Shown here in pieces: positions 10,139-23,337 of a stretch of 64,000 nucleotides of DNA. The notes beneath the pieces are model-generated. The model ran no database searches. It had not been told where the DNA came from and saw only the letters and a list, made by a program, of their open reading frames with translations. Origin of the DNA: an uncultured Verrucomicrobiae bacterium. Its GTDB lineage: Bacteria; Verrucomicrobiota; Verrucomicrobiia; Chthoniobacterales; UBA10450. The stretch covers positions 352,001-416,000 of the forward strand of contig CAVYXA010000001.1 of NCBI GenBank assembly GCA_963772365.1, given 5' to 3'. The position numbers and the translations under genes were made by a program. Within the stretch, counting starts at the first letter, position 1. Every line of letters begins with the position of its first letter.

Positions 10139-11188
10139 TTACGTTCCGTCAGTTTTTTTTCGTAACTTCGTCGCATTACCCCAGACGGGCAGTCCACGTG
10201 AATTACGGTGATTGGGAACCGCCACATGCCTAACGAACTCGGCAAGAGGCGCTTTGTTTCGCTTCTCTCTATTACCAACAAACCGAAGGCCGTCCGTAAT
10301 CCAATTTCTCCGGAAGTTCGCTTCCGTTGCTTTCTCGGCCTCAGCAAATCCACGCGCGACAGCAGACTTTCTTACTTCCTCCGCACGCCAGGCATATCGA
10401 CGGAAGATTGGATAACACCACCACACCCAGCGTTCTAGTGCCGTGCAATCTTTTTCTCCTTTTTCTGCCAGCCTCGCGGCTTTCTCCAGAATGTTCGACC
10501 AGTGCCGCCGATTCCACGGCACGCCTTGCGAATCTACAGCAAGACCCCAGCCTTCCCACACGTGCGCCCCTCTGAGTTTTCGCCCTTTCCAGCCGTCAGA
10601 TTCAATTATGCGCGCGGGAAATTTCGCGAGCATCTCGGCTTGAATTGCGCACGCCCTAGCGTCTGGATCATCACCTTGCCAAGCAGCGCGATTTAGCTTA
10701 AACGCAATCCACATGCTGAGAGATTCCTGCGCCTCGATCCAGGACGCGATTGAATCGAGGAGGAAAAGAAATGATACGCAATCTCCAAGCTTGGAACGTT
10801 CGTGTTCAGGCAGCACCCAAGCGAGGCGTTCAGTAGCAGGTATCGCACACAGCGCGTTGATTTCTTCGAAGTGCAATCGACGTGGTTCGTCATAACCAAG
10901 CTGCAGCGAGCGATCAGTGACAAGCGAATAACAAAGAGACATCGTGTCGATGAGGCGATTCTTCCCTGCTAACTCGATTCGTTGCGTGAGATTCTCAATC
11001 AGTCGGCCGTTCTGAAATCGCAGTTTGTCCGGTTCTGATGTGAGGCATTCCGTTTCGAGCTGGCCCCGCAAATCGTTTATAGCGTCCCACCAGATTTGCT
11101 GACCGTACGGAAAACCAATATGCAACTTTGGCGTCGCTTTTCTACGCAACCTCCACCGACGGTTGCCGCTCACTCCTTTTTTCTTCAC
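10139..11188 (-). CDS. hypothetical protein
   Basis: 349-aa ORF between the integrase and the Xis-like gene. Confidence 0.6.
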   Translation of the reverse strand: MKKKGVSGNRRWRLRRKATPKLHIGFPYGQQIWWDAINDLRGQLETECLTSEPDKLRFQNGRLIENLTQRIELAGKNRLIDTMSLCYSLVTDRSLQLGYDEPRRLHFEEINALCAIPATERLAWVLPEHERSKLGDCVSFLFLLDSIASWIEAQESLSMWIAFKLNRAAWQGDDPDARACAIQAEMLAKFPARIIESDGWKGRKLRGAHVWEGWGLAVDSQGVPWNRRHWSNILEKAARLAEKGEKDCTALERWVWWCYPIFRRYAWRAEEVRKSAVARGFAEAEKATEANFRRNWITDGLRFVGNREKRNKAPLAEFVRHVAVPNHRNSRGLPVWGNATKLRKKTDGT

Positions 11189-11401
11189 AATTTTTCCGGC
11201 TAGCCTAACCGTTTAGCGTTCGAGCCGGGGCGGAGCGTTGAGGCGGTCCCCCCCGCCGGGGCCTGCCAGGTGTCGAGGCGATTCGCACGACATGGAAGTA
11301 GGCCGGCTCTGGCGGGCGCAATCGCGGGGCCGGTTTGTGCTTCACTTTCTTGCCTGCGTAGCGCGGTGGTTCCTCTGATGCGAGTGGCTTAAGGTCGGCG
11401 C

Positions 11402-12547
11402 TCATGCACTGGCGGGAAACGGAATCACGTCGGCTTGCTTTGTCGTGACCGGCGCGAACGTGACGCGCTGAGCTTGTGCGATGCTGTGCTCACGTCGCAA
11501 ATGACCATAGGTTTTCATCGCCAGCGCCCCGCCGTCCTTGTGTCCAAGCCAGCGCGAAACGGTCGGAATGTCCACGCCCGATTCGATGCAGATCGTCACA
11601 AATAAATGCCTCAAATCGTGATGGGTCAGCCGTGATATTCCGAGCTTCTTACATGCGCTATTGATTGCCCGCTGCGCTTCATTAACACAGAAAACTTTTG
11701 CTGTCGGAGGTTCCTTCAAACGCCCTTTTCGCATTCGTTGAAGCAGAACACGCAGATCGGGAATCATCGGTACTCGGCGCACCGTCCAATTCTTCGTTCC
11801 TGTTTCAGGATCGCCGCGAATGACAACTTCATTGGCCTCAAAGTCCACGTCTCGCCATTCAATCTGTACTGCTTCACCTTTTCGGCATCCAGTGAATGCC
11901 AGTCCTCGCAGAAAGTCTGCGCAATCGCGGGAACACCACGCGCCGGCACGCTCCACTGCATCTACAAGCTGTAAAAATTCTTCCCGGCTTGGAAGTGTGG
12001 GTTGTTTTGCACGCACTCGCACCCGCTCTAGTTTCGCCGCTGGATTGCCGTACATGACGCCCGCATCAATCGCTACCTCGAATACATGCCGCAGCCCAGA
12101 GATCGTGTTGTTGTATCTCGTATCCGACGCCACCTTGCGAAAACGTCGTGCCCATTCTTTACATTCCGTTCTTGTAATGCGTCGGATTTCCCGATCCGCA
12201 AGACCGGGCCAGCTTTTGAGCAGCGCTACAAAAATCTGATTCCAATAATGTCGCGTGCTCGGCTTAATGTCGGGGTTATCGGCCTGATTCTGTTGATGGC
12301 TCGCCAGCGCTTTGGCGAAAGTCATTTTGGCCGACACGTGGCCATTCCCATTCTCGAAGCGCTCCCGGTGTTCATTGAGAAATTGAGCGAGCTTCGCTTG
12401 CGCTACGCTGAAATGTGATGTGCCGAGAGCCTTCCAAACCTCTTTGCCGTGAGCGAAAGCTCTGGCATAATAGCTGCCGGACTTATGCCGAAGAAGGTTT
12501 GGAAGTCGCGTTCGTTGCCACGTTTTCGCTGCTTTGCGCTCTTTCAT
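11402..12547 (-). CDS. int: tyrosine recombinase / integrase
   Basis: TGCRKGE (R), TKN (K), HDLRH, LGH and YGH catalytic motifs; adjacent to the att/tRNA. Confidence 0.95.
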   Translation of the reverse strand: MKERKAAKTWQRTRLPNLLRHKSGSYYARAFAHGKEVWKALGTSHFSVAQAKLAQFLNEHRERFENGNGHVSAKMTFAKALASHQQNQADNPDIKPSTRHYWNQIFVALLKSWPGLADREIRRITRTECKEWARRFRKVASDTRYNNTISGLRHVFEVAIDAGVMYGNPAAKLERVRVRAKQPTLPSREEFLQLVDAVERAGAWCSRDCADFLRGLAFTGCRKGEAVQIEWRDVDFEANEVVIRGDPETGTKNWTVRRVPMIPDLRVLLQRMRKGRLKEPPTAKVFCVNEAQRAINSACKKLGISRLTHHDLRHLFVTICIESGVDIPTVSRWLGHKDGGALAMKTYGHLRREHSIAQAQRVTFAPVTTKQADVIPFPASA

Positions 12548-12622
12548 AAAGCCGACCGTAGAATAGCACCGTGAAAAGCGCAACACGAATCTTTTCCAGT
12601 CGGGCGAATTACCTAGGTAAAT

Positions 12623-12695
<73 letters not shown>

Positions 12696-13381
12696 CTGTT
12701 TATTTTCGATTTTCGATCGGGGATTTGCGATTCTCGATCTTGTGCAATCACTGGCACCCCGGCTGGAACAACGCGAGGAATCGGTTGAGTTGCGCGACTG
12801 GCCACGGGTTTGAAGTCACCGGCAGTGTATCCATTTCTCGCTCCCTGGTGGATATCGTCGGCCATTGCTTATTGGTCAGGACAGCCCCGGGGGTGCGGGG
12901 AGCTCCCACGAAAGCTTTCAGGGGATTGCCGACAGCGCTCGCTTTTACCTGGGCGAGGTCGGGCGCGAGCGAAGCAAATCCTCGCGAGACATCGAGTCCA
13001 GTAGGTTTTCAGCTATGACGCCGAGCGAGTGAGGGAGAATTCAGCGTCCATTTTGGGGCGAATCCTTCGCGGAATGATCTTTGCTCTATGTTGGATCGCC
13101 GCCGAGCCAGGCGCCGCCGTTTCTTGTGTTATCAGGCCAGAACGATGCGGCCAAACTTTACCGGGTTGTGAAGAAGCTGTGAAAAAGTTGACTTTTTACG
13201 TGAGAAAGTTTTGACATCGAGGCCCAATATCTGGAATAATAGCGCGTGTTGAAAAAATTCATCCCACAGAAACCGATGTCCGGCGATCAGCGAAGGATCG
13301 TCGAACTCGGCCACCGATGATAGCAACCGATTCGCGTTTCGCGAACAACCAAGAACATCCACAACCGATTACCAAAAAACT

Positions 13382-13798
13382 ATGGCAGAACACGCTGGCA
13401 AAGACATCCTCTCGAGCGATGTCGAAATCAAAGGCTCGATCAAGTTCCAAAAAGAGCTTCTCATTGACGGGAAAGTCGAAGGCGAAATCAATTCTGATGG
13501 CGTGCTGACGATCGGTGAGAATGCGGATATTCGCGGCGAGATCAAGACGAAATCGATCACTGTGTTTGGCAAAGTCCAGGGCAACATCACGGTAGGTGAG
13601 CGTTGCGAATTGAAATCAAAGTGCGCGTTGCATGGGGATCTTAAAGGCGGCCCGCCTGGTGATCGAGGAAGGTGCGACGTTCATCGGAAAGTCGGAAGTG
13701 ACCAGTGGGATGACTGCGGCCCCCAAGCCGGCTGCGCCACTCGTCCGGAAATCGTCCGCAATGAAGAGCCGGTGAAAGCTTTCGCCGGTCGAGGCTAA
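13382..13798 (+). CDS. bactofilin (polymer-forming cytoskeletal protein), frameshifted
   Basis: ILSSDVEIKGSIKF...IDGKVEGEI...IGENADIRGEI; the tail LVIEEGATFIG continues in another frame. Confidence 0.8.
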   Translation: MAEHAGKDILSSDVEIKGSIKFQKELLIDGKVEGEINSDGVLTIGENADIRGEIKTKSITVFGKVQGNITVGERCELKSKCALHGDLKGGPPGDRGRCDVHRKVGSDQWDDCGPQAGCATRPEIVRNEEPVKAFAGRG

Positions 13799-13828
13799 CC
13801 GAAAGAGGGATTTTCGCTTAAGATACCA

Positions 13829-14691
13829 GTGGCCAAACCGTCGCCTGTCAAAGTCAGTGTGGAATGCCCGCACTGTGGCTTCAAGCAGATGGATTATGCT
13901 GGCGGCGAAGAGCACGATGTGCCGCCAGTGCGGCCGCTATTTTTCGCCTTTTGCGCCCAAACCTGGCCTGAAACTTCGCGACGAAGGAAGAGGCGCAGAC
14001 TGCGGCGCCGGCATCCGTCAATTTTGCAAAAATTTGGCGGTCTCTGGAATCAGCCGCGCAGATCGAGTAGTCGAATGTTTCGAGTGTCGGCGAAAGCACG
14101 AAGTAAGCGATGCCGCGAGATCGACGAATTGTCCGTCGTGCAGCGCGCATATCGATCTTCGCGATTACAAGATCGCGACGAGTTTTAGTCGCACAATTCG
14201 CACTCGGGGCGAAGTTCATCTTACCCCAAAAGGCGATCTCAGCAGCACAAGCGTGACGTGCACATCTGCTCTGATCGAAGGGAAACTGCGCGGGAATCTG
14301 CATTGCTCTGAGTCGGTCAGCGATCGACTTTGTCGGGAAACTTCCGGGACGGCTGACGGCGAAACATGTGACCGTGGAACGCAAAGCAGACGTGCAGTGT
14401 TTCCGGCGCGTGGCGGTTGGCAGTATCGAGATTAAGGGGCGAATGACGGCGGAGATCGTGGCGGAGACCTCGGTTCACATCCACAAGAATGCGTCGCTCG
14501 AAGGCAACGTGACCGCGAAAGCGATCACCGTCGAGAAAGGGCGGACTTTTTTCCGGCCAACTCATCATCGGTCAAGGCGAACTGAAGCAGGGCAGAATTG
14601 TTGCCGGAAGAAGTCCGCGGTTACCAGAGCTCGCGAATCCAGCAGGGAAATCTGGGGACCAGTGGCAATCCAGCCGCTTCCTGCTACCTAG
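13829..14691 (+). CDS. zinc-ribbon + bactofilin domain protein, frameshifted
   Basis: CPHC, CRQC, CFEC and CPSC pairs followed by bactofilin beta-helix repeats across three ORFs. Confidence 0.7.
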
Positions 14692-14705
14692 CCGACCGCA
14701 TCGCG

Positions 14706-15127
14706 ATGCAAAAAGTGCATCCGCGCAGTCCGTACGAGAAACTCGGCGGTTACGTGCACTTGCCTCGTTTGATCGACAAGGCCCGGCTGCAGCGAAAAGG
14801 TCTGCTGAACGGCTACAATTACAAGACAGTTGGCTTCGACAAACATTTGCTGGCATTTCTTAAAACTCGAACGGAGATGAATTCGAGGAAGTGGCCAATC
14901 GATTCGATGACGACTCCGCCGTCCTGGATTGGGTGCAGCGAGCCGGGCGAAAACATCCGCCCGAAGCCATCGAACAATGGAACCAGGCGATGATTTCGCG
15001 TCATCCCGATACTGCCGCAAAGAAAGCGCGCTTCCTCCATTTCCTTAAGGAAGCCGGTGGTGCGGGTCGAAAAGATATTAGCACTTACTTCGATCTCATC
15101 GAATTCGACGAAGGCCGGCTGAAATAG
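14706..15127 (+). CDS. DUF5069-like protein, frameshifted
   Basis: PRSPYEKLGGYVHLPRLIDKAR...FDLIEFDEGR. Confidence 0.7.
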
Positions 15128-15146
15128 CCAAGTAGAACATCGACTA

Positions 15147-15896
15147 CTACTTCCGCGAACATCTCATTCCGGCCTCTGGCCAAACCTTCCTTGCTGCCGA
15201 TGTCGATCCATTTGCCCTGAAGCTGGAAGGCTTTCACGGGCTGGCGGGTATAGAGCCATTGGACAAAACGGCCGGGCTGATCGGGATTATTTCCGGCAGC
15301 CAGATAGGTTTTAAAAAGGGCAAGCGTTCGGGACGAATAATAGTAAAGCGCGATCGCTGCCAAGTGTGCTCTTCGGTTTTTGGGGCTTTTCTTCAAAGTG
15401 TGTGATAGTTCCGGCGGCGTCGATGGCGATGTTTCCATATTTCTTGATCGCTTCCTCATCGCCTACATCATAAACAGCCACTGTGGCATCGGTGTCTTCG
15501 GCAAGCTCAATAAAATCTGCCGAGGCTTTGGCTGAACAAATTGTCTCCGGCTACAATCAGAAGAGGAGAATCGATGATCTGCTTTCGGTTCAGAACGAAG
15601 TTGAATATCGCCAATTGCTCCGAGTTTATCATCGTCATTGTTCGATCCATCATTAACAATCTTCAGTCTGAATTGTGGATGTCGATCTTGATACCGATCG
15701 GCCCAGGCTTTGGAAATCGTCGGCGAACTTGTCGTTTGTCACTACATAAATCGTTTCGAGTCGGAACGTCAATCAGATTATCGAGAACCCACTCGATGAT
15801 CGGTTTGCCCGCGACTTCCAGCAGCGGCTTGGCTTTATTCAGGGTGAGTGGATACAGCCGCGTAGCGTAGCCAGCCGCAAGGATGAGAGCGTTCAT
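15147..15896 (-). CDS. sugar-phosphate nucleotidyltransferase, frameshifted (end approximate)
   Basis: [25 protein letters not shown] and WIDIG. Confidence 0.8.
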
Positions 15897-15965
15897 GAAA
15901 ATGAGTGAGATGGTTATTCCGGGGATCGCTGCTGAGCGACTGGGCAATCAGCAGTTACGATCCGC

Positions 15966-18723
15966 TCAGAATACGTCGATTGCGACTGATTTTTGCATCG
16001 CAGCAATCCGCTGCGGATCGGTGACCTTCGAATGGTTGGCACGATCGACTACATAAAACGTATCTATCGCCGCGCCAGCTTGCGTGCTGATGCGGGATAG
16101 CGCGATCGAGATTCCTCCAGGTCGAGACAGGATAAATGTCGTAGAGCAGTCCGAGTCTGTCCGGGAGCTTCGATTTGAATCAGGCTGTAATTCGCATGGG
16201 CCTTGTTGTCGATCACGATTCGGGTTGGGAATTCTACCTCCTGCGGCGATGTGCCGCCGGCTCGCATCGCGCGCGTTTTTCAGTACCGGCCAAAATCGAA
16301 ACGCGGGATTTTCCAAAGCGCTTCGCAAAGTTTTTTCGACTAAATCGACATCGCGCTGGTCGGAAACTGCGCTGACCCTTGGTGTCGCACACTCGAAAGA
16401 CATCGAGCACGATACTGTCGCTCCGGGTAAACACGTCGGCGCTTAGGATATTTAGCGGAACAACTGAAAACGAGCCCGCGATTTTGCCAGCAGTCGATCG
16501 CGGTCCCACGTGCAGAAACGGTGCCGATCGTGTGACCTTGCGCGGGCGAAGGGTTGCCAATTGATCGCCGGCGCGAGAGGCTTGATCGGGTTCGTCTGAA
16601 ACATTTTTAAGAAAGTCCCGAAGTAATTTGATGATCGATCGACAATTTCCGCCACTTCTGATCGCTCGAAATAATCATCGGGCATCAACTCGAAATGCGC
16701 CTCAATTTCCTCCGCGTAATCAGTTCGGGAGATGCTTGTAATTGTCTGCTTCCAGAGCTTCTCGTTCGATCTTGGTTTTTTCGTAGAACGATTTTCGATC
16801 CAGCAGATACTGCGAAGTGGCATCATACAGTTCCCATACAAGTGATTCCTTCCAATCCGACCATGCTTCGGCGCTTGTTCCCTGTCCGTCAGCAAGCGTG
16901 AGCAGCATGAGCGCATCGAGATTTCGCTGGTTTTTAACGATCTGTGCCAGCTCTGCGATTGTAGCTGGGTCATCGAGGTTTCTCTGCTGGGCAATGTTCG
17001 ACAGAGTCAAATGATGATCGACAAGCAGGATCAGCGATTTTCGCTGCTCGGAGGATAATTGCAGACGATTGGCCACACGCTGGGCAAAAACGGCGCTGGC
17101 TTCGGCATGAGGTCGAGCCCGACAGCTTTGCCGGTATCGTGTAAGAGCAAGGCCAGATACGAGAACAAATGTGTCTTCCAGTCTGCTCGAACAGTCTTTC
17201 GATACGGCATCAGTTTCGGGTCATTCTGTGGTGTAGCGCGTCGAGCTTGTCAATGCAAACCATGCGTATGTTCATCGGCCGTATAACGATGAAGATATTC
17301 GTGTTGTACAAGACAAGTGAGTTGACCAAATTCGGGAAGATAGCGGCCCAGAAAATCGACTCGATGCATCATGCGGAGAATCCGCGCGACTTCGCCTTTC
17401 CGCGAGAGGATCGACTTAAAGATTTCCCGCGGCTCCTTCGCGTATTGAAAACTCGCGTGACTTGTCCCAGCGATCGGCTAATCAACGTCCGCCAGGTCCG
17501 GGCTCAGATCCAGATGATGTTCTTGGGCAAGCTGAAAACGCGCATCATTTGCGTCGGTTGTTTACGAAAGAGATCGCGACGATCAGGATAGAGTTGTCCA
17601 TCACTGACGAAGAATGATTCCAGTGGCCTTTGCCGGGGCCGGATCAGAGGCAAAAAACTAAAGAGCGAACGCGTTTTGTCACTGGCCCGGCCACTGGCGA
17701 ATTGTTGCGTAATTCGTTCCGTTACCCGAAAAATATTCCGGGTGTGCCCGTAGTAATCGCGCATGAACGCTTCGCTGCGAAGCTGGCCGTTGCGCTGGGA
17801 ATAATTCAGTCGTCTGGCAATTTGTTCCTGTAATTCGAGATGCAGAATGTCGGTGGCACGGCCGGTGAGATAATGCAGGTCTGTTCGCACACGGAGAAGG
17901 AAATCGTAGGCTTTCTCGATGCGACGCTGGTCCGCTTCGCTAAGCCAATCTGTGCCGACGAGCTGATTTGTCGTCAGAGCGCCTTGCTCAAAATACGTCA
18001 TCCACAGCAAGTTCTGATAATCACGCAGGCCGCCACAGCCGTTTTTCACGTTTGGCTCCTGCATATAAACACTGTCTCCCGAATTTTTTATGTCGCGCCG
18101 TTTGGTCTCGCATCCGCATTTCGACGTATTCGCGCTCGTGTCCAGTTACGCATTTCGAACGAAATTGATCGCGAAATTCCCGTGCGAGGTCGACGATCGC
18201 CAGCTAGAAAACGCGCCTCCAGCATTGCCGTTTTTGTGAGCATATCGCGGTTGGCTTGAACGATTGCTTCCTTAATGGAGCGGGTAGAATGGCCGACTTT
18301 GAATCCGCTGTCCCACAGCAGATACAGAAGTTGCTCCACGATTTTTTCCAGATAGGGAGAAATTTTTTTCGCCCGCTGTCGATGCAACAGCATAACATCG
18401 ACATCGCTAAAGGGATTTAGTTCGCCGCGGCCATATCCTCCTATCGCCACCACGGCCAACGGCTCACCGGGACATGGGCGTCGCCAACCGCGGCGGTAGC
18501 TGCCGCAAAAACATGCTTCAGCAAAACATCCACAAATCAGCTCGACGCTGGCAAATCTCCCGTCCCCCACCTCCGGCCTGGTGTTTCAATCGGAGCCGAT
18601 GCTCTTCGATCTTTAGAAATTTTTGATAAAGCGGGAGGACATCGGTCGGGCGTTTTGAGCCCGTTGCGGCGAGCTGGTTTTCCGCATGGGCCAGAACCTG
18701 TTCCAAATGTCGTGTAGCGGCAT
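15966..18723 (-). CDS. glnD: [protein-PII] uridylyltransferase, multiple frameshifts
   Basis: [32 protein letters not shown]-domain segments and ACT domains (ADVFTR, AIDTFYV). Confidence 0.85.
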
Positions 18724-18737
18724 TGCGGAAAAAGTCG

Positions 18738-20472
18738 TCACCGGCAATCTAGCCGAGAAAACGCCTTTTCCCAATCTACCCCTCCGCAGTTGCCGGCGTG
18801 GAAATTCACTTGTCGGCGCGAAAGCGGAGACTCAGAGTTCGCCGGCCGACTGAAAGGCAAAGCGGGCATTTGTTCAGCCGACTGGTTCACTGGTCGACGT
18901 TGGAAAACTGGACTGCGGGTCGAGATCGTATCCCAGAAGCAAGCGGCCACGCAAGCAGAACGAAAAGCGAGCCGTAGGGTCGAATCATTGAGCAGATCAA
19001 TGGCCGGCAGCGTCGCAACCAATTTCTTATCAATCAACATGACATGGAAAATCATGGCCGCGCTCAGGATCGACTATGCAAAGTGAAGCACGCTCAGCCG
19101 GACACTGACACCCAGATGCGACTGCGCTCAGCACTGCGCCCCACATCAGATAACGCTCATGCATTTGTCCAAGCAAGGCGAACATCAAAAGCCACGGAGT
19201 AGCCATGGCAATCAAGACCCGGGGATCGCGGTTGTGGGCATGGCGGGCGGCGCCCCTAGCGCAAAAAACAAGCCCAGCCAGATAGAGAGCCGCAACGTCC
19301 ATTGTAATGTGAGAGTGATGGAATATGAGCCAACATCAACGGACCAAAGTGCATCCTTTAATGACCATCCCAGCCATCCAGCAAGAACGGCAGGTTATAA
19401 CAGGAGCTGACGAACAAATACGGATAATGCTCAGTGCCGTAGAGAAAGCCGACTTGCAACCAACCAAAACTTCCGCCGCAAAGAATGCCTATGACGAAAA
19501 CAGCCAGTGCGGTTGAACCAGCGATCCAAGCCCAGCGATGTCGCAGATTCCATTTACAAAAGACAATGAAAATAACGACCTCGGTAATTGCGATCGCAAT
19601 CCAGGCGGAACTCCTGAGAGAAGCCAGGGTGATACCACGAGGGCGGTAGTCGCTGCAAACCCGGACACCCATCGCAGCGCCGAATCCCATTTTTTTTGCC
19701 AAAGCGGCCAAAATAAAAAGAAGGGGACAACGAAGAGAAGTTGTCCTTTGAACATGGCGCCCGTTGCTAAAATACATCCACACCAGAACCACCGGCGAGT
19801 CGAAGCAGCTAAAGCCGCGAACAAATAAAAAGGGAGAATCCATGCATCCCATTGCGGCCAGCCATGCGCATCCAGAATCATCGATGGCTCAAACCAGGCG
19901 ACGCTCGCTGCAAGCAGAGCGCAAATCCACGCCCGATTTTCCACCGGAATGCAATGCATCCAGCGCGATCCGGTCGCGCCGGCTGCCCGGTGGACCCAAA
20001 GACGCACCAGCAGGAAAATCCCAATGGCTGACAACAATTCGCAAATCAAATTCGCCTTAAGAAGTGACGAGATATGCTCGGGACGACTGTCGTTTACTCC
20101 CGGAAATCTTTCGCGGACATACTTTGTCCAGAGCGACATCGCCAGGAGCCGCAAAGGCGGGATAATCGAGCTGGTAATCCTTTCGTAGGCCTCCTCCTTT
20201 ACCCATTCATAAACCGACAGATACCCCCGGAAGAAGTCTCCCCAGGAATTGTTTGATTGTGGATCCGGCGAAAGCTTCCGGGCCTGGGCCAGTGTCTGAC
20301 TGCCCCAATAGAATCCGTTAACCAAGTCGTGCTGAAAACGAACGTGTTTTGTCGTTTGCCAAGTCCAATTGCGAAGTTGAACACCCGCGAGCAACAATAT
20401 GCCGACGAGGACGCTCATTGAAACCCGAACTGCCCAGCGGCGCCAGTCTACACGATGAAAATAAACGGTCAT
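18738..20472 (-). CDS. multi-pass membrane protein (GT-C/mannosyltransferase-like), frameshifted
   Basis: Hydrophobic ORFs with DAHGWPQWD and MHERY motifs. Confidence 0.5.
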
Positions 20473-20569
20473 TGGAACCTCCCTTAGAAGCCTTAGAAAC
20501 AGGTTCTATTCAAAACAATTAGAGCGGCAGATGTGGAAGCCTGGAAAAGATAATGGAGAGACACAAAAA

Positions 20570-20590
20570 TGGCTCCAGAAGTAGGATTCG
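20570..20590 (-). repeat. 3' fragment of tRNA-Asn (att-like)
   Basis: tggctccagaagtaggattcg matches 25250-25270 at 20 of 21 nt. Confidence 0.75.
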
Positions 20591-21039
20591 GCGGCGCCTT
20601 TTCCTATGTTCGCGCCGGAATTAAGCGCGTTTTGTTTGGGTAATCAAGCGAACTCGCCAAACTGTGAACGCGGGGCCTTTCACCGCTTTTCTTGTAATTT
20701 TCTGACACGCGGAGTGTGCCGGTTCAATCCTGCAGCCTCTGAGCGGAACTCTGAAGGCGAAAGTGCTCTTGATTGTGATTCGTTGGTTCGTTAGCTCGAG
20801 CGATCCTGAGATTTCATGCTGGTATTTAGGCCCGTCGTGCGATAGTCTCCGGATGAGGTCGATTAAAGGAGCCGACAGGCAAGTTTACTTTAAGCTCGGG
20901 ACGCCCGAAACGCAGGCACGGCGCAATTTGCGGTTCGCCGCCGTATTAGGCTTCAACCAAAGCGGGACCGGGAGTTTCGAATCAGTGGCCCACTTTCCTC
21001 TAGCACGTGGCGAGGATCGGGCAGTGCCGGCACGATCTC

Positions 21040-23337
21040 GTGACTAATGCCAAGATCAACCGCATCGCTTTCCTCGGGGATTATCTGCCTCGTCAATGCG
21101 GCATCGCGACATTTACTGCGGACATTTGTGAGGCGGTCGCAGCCGAGTATCCGTATTGCGAATGCGTAGTAGGAGCGGTTAACGATCGTCCGGAAGGTTA
21201 CGATTATTCGACACGCATCCGTTTTGAGATCGACGAAAAGGAGATCGACTCATATCGCCGCGCGGCGGATTTCTTAAACATTAATAACGTCGAGATCGTC
21301 TCGGTTCAACACGAGTTCGGCATATACGGCGGAGCCGGCCGGAAGCCATTTGCTGGCTTTCTTGCGCGACGTGCACATGCCGGTTGTGACAACACTACAT
21401 ACCGTGCTGGGTCAGCCTAATGAGGCGCAACGGTCAGTGATGGAGCAGCTCGATGCGCTCTCGAATCGTTTCATCATGATGGCGGAGCGCGGGCCGCGAA
21501 TTATTGAAGGAAGTTTACGGGGTCTCATCCGAGAAGATCGATCTGATTCCACACGGGGTGCCGGATGTGCAGTTCATCGACCCGACTTTTCACAAGGATC
21601 AGTTCGGCGTGGAAGGTAAGACGGTGCTGCTCACGTTTGGGCTTCTTTCACCTAACAAAGGCATCGAATATGTGATCGAAGCGTTACCGGCCATTCTCGA
21701 AGCGCATCCGAATGTCGTTTACATAGTCCTCGGTGCGACGCATCCCAATCTTCTTTTGCGGGAAGGTGAGTCTTATCGGTTAAAGCTTGAGCGGCTTGCC
21801 GAAGATCGGGGAGTGACCGGCAAATGTAATTTTTTACAATCGCTTCGTGAACACTGGAGGAACTAACCGACTTTATCGGTGCGGCCGATATTTATATCAC
21901 GCCGTATCTTAACGAAGCGCAGATCACTTCCGGCACACTGGCTTATGCTTTCGGCGCGGGGAAGGCGGTAATTTCCACTCCTTATCTTTACGCGCAGGAG
22001 TTACTTGCGCAGGATCGGGGTATTCTTGTGCCTTTTCGCGATAGCGCTGCTATTGCCGAAGGCAGTAGCGTCAATTTCTATCTGATCCAGCGATGATGGC
22101 TGGGACGCGAAAACGTGCATGGAAACTGGGTACGAGAAATGATCTGGCCTGTGGTGGCTCGCCGTTACATGGAAAGCTTTGAGCACGCGCGTACCGGTCA
22201 ACTGGTCCTCCCCGCAAAACCTTCGCTATTCGAACTCTGGAAAATCGTCCTTATGAATTTCCACCGCTGAAACTCGATCACCTTTTCCGCATGACCGATG
22301 ATACTGGAATTTTCCAGCACGCTATTTTTAACGTGCCGAATTACCGCGAAGGCTATTGCACGGATGACAATGCCCGCGCGTTCATCCTTACCTTACTGCT
22401 TCCTGAAATGACAAGCCGCGTCGCACAACAACGACATGGAATGCCTGGCCAGCACGTATCTTTCGTTTTTATGGGATGCGTTCGATCAGGAAACTAGTCG
22501 ATTTCGCAATTTCATGAGTCATCGCCGGGAATGGTTAGAACGCTTCGGCTCGGAGGACAGCCACGCGCGAGCCCTGTGGGCGATTGGCATGGCGCTGGGT
22601 CGATCGAAGAATGATGGCCATCGCAATCTCTGTGCGCTCTTGTTTCAGCGTGGCTTACCCGTCGTGGAAGAATTCACTTCTCCGCGAGCATGGGCCTTTG
22701 CGCTGCTTGCCATGCAAGAATACCTGCGCAACTTCTCCGGCGACCGGACAGTTAATCAGTTACGCGACGCACTAACGACGCGACTACTAGACTTGTTTCA
22801 GGCCAACAGCTCGAAGGAATGGCAATGGTTCGAACCGGTCGCGACCTACGATAACGCCAAACTTTCGCATGCGATGATCCTCAGTGGTCATTGGACTTCG
22901 CGTGGCGACGTCTTCCAGGCAGGTTTGCAGTCGCTCCGATGGCTGGTGGAAACCCAAAAAGGGGATGCCGGACATTTCGCGCCAATCGGGTGCAATGGTT
23001 TCTGGAAGCGCGGCGGGGAGAATAGCGCGCTTCGATCAACAGCCGCTCGAAGCCTATGCTATCATCTCGGCTTCTCTTGAGGCTTTTGCTCTTACCCATG
23101 ATGAATACTGGAAACGCGCAGTCGCGACGTTGTTTCGAGTGGTTCCTTGGCCGCAATGATCTGGGAGAATCGCTCTACGATTCCAGCACCGGAGGATGTC
23201 GTGATGCCTTGCATCAGGACCGCGTGAGTCAAAACGAGGGAGCGGAATCAAGTCTCGCATTTTACTTGTCTCTTGCAGAGATGATGCAGGCGGAGACCGC
23301 GCGGGATTCAAAGATCCTGAGTCGTAAAGTTGGATGA
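21040..23337 (+). CDS. GT4 glycosyltransferase with C-terminal (alpha/alpha)6-like domain, multiple frameshifts
   Basis: [56 protein letters not shown]. Confidence 0.8.

Noticed and set aside
11190..11401. GC-rich possible structured RNA downstream of the integrase
   Set aside because: I could not support a consistent fold or known motif without computation.
12740..13370. Possible tmRNA, RNase P or 6S RNA downstream of tRNA-Ile2
   Set aside because: I could not find the conserved terminal or core motifs by eye; an Rfam search would be needed.
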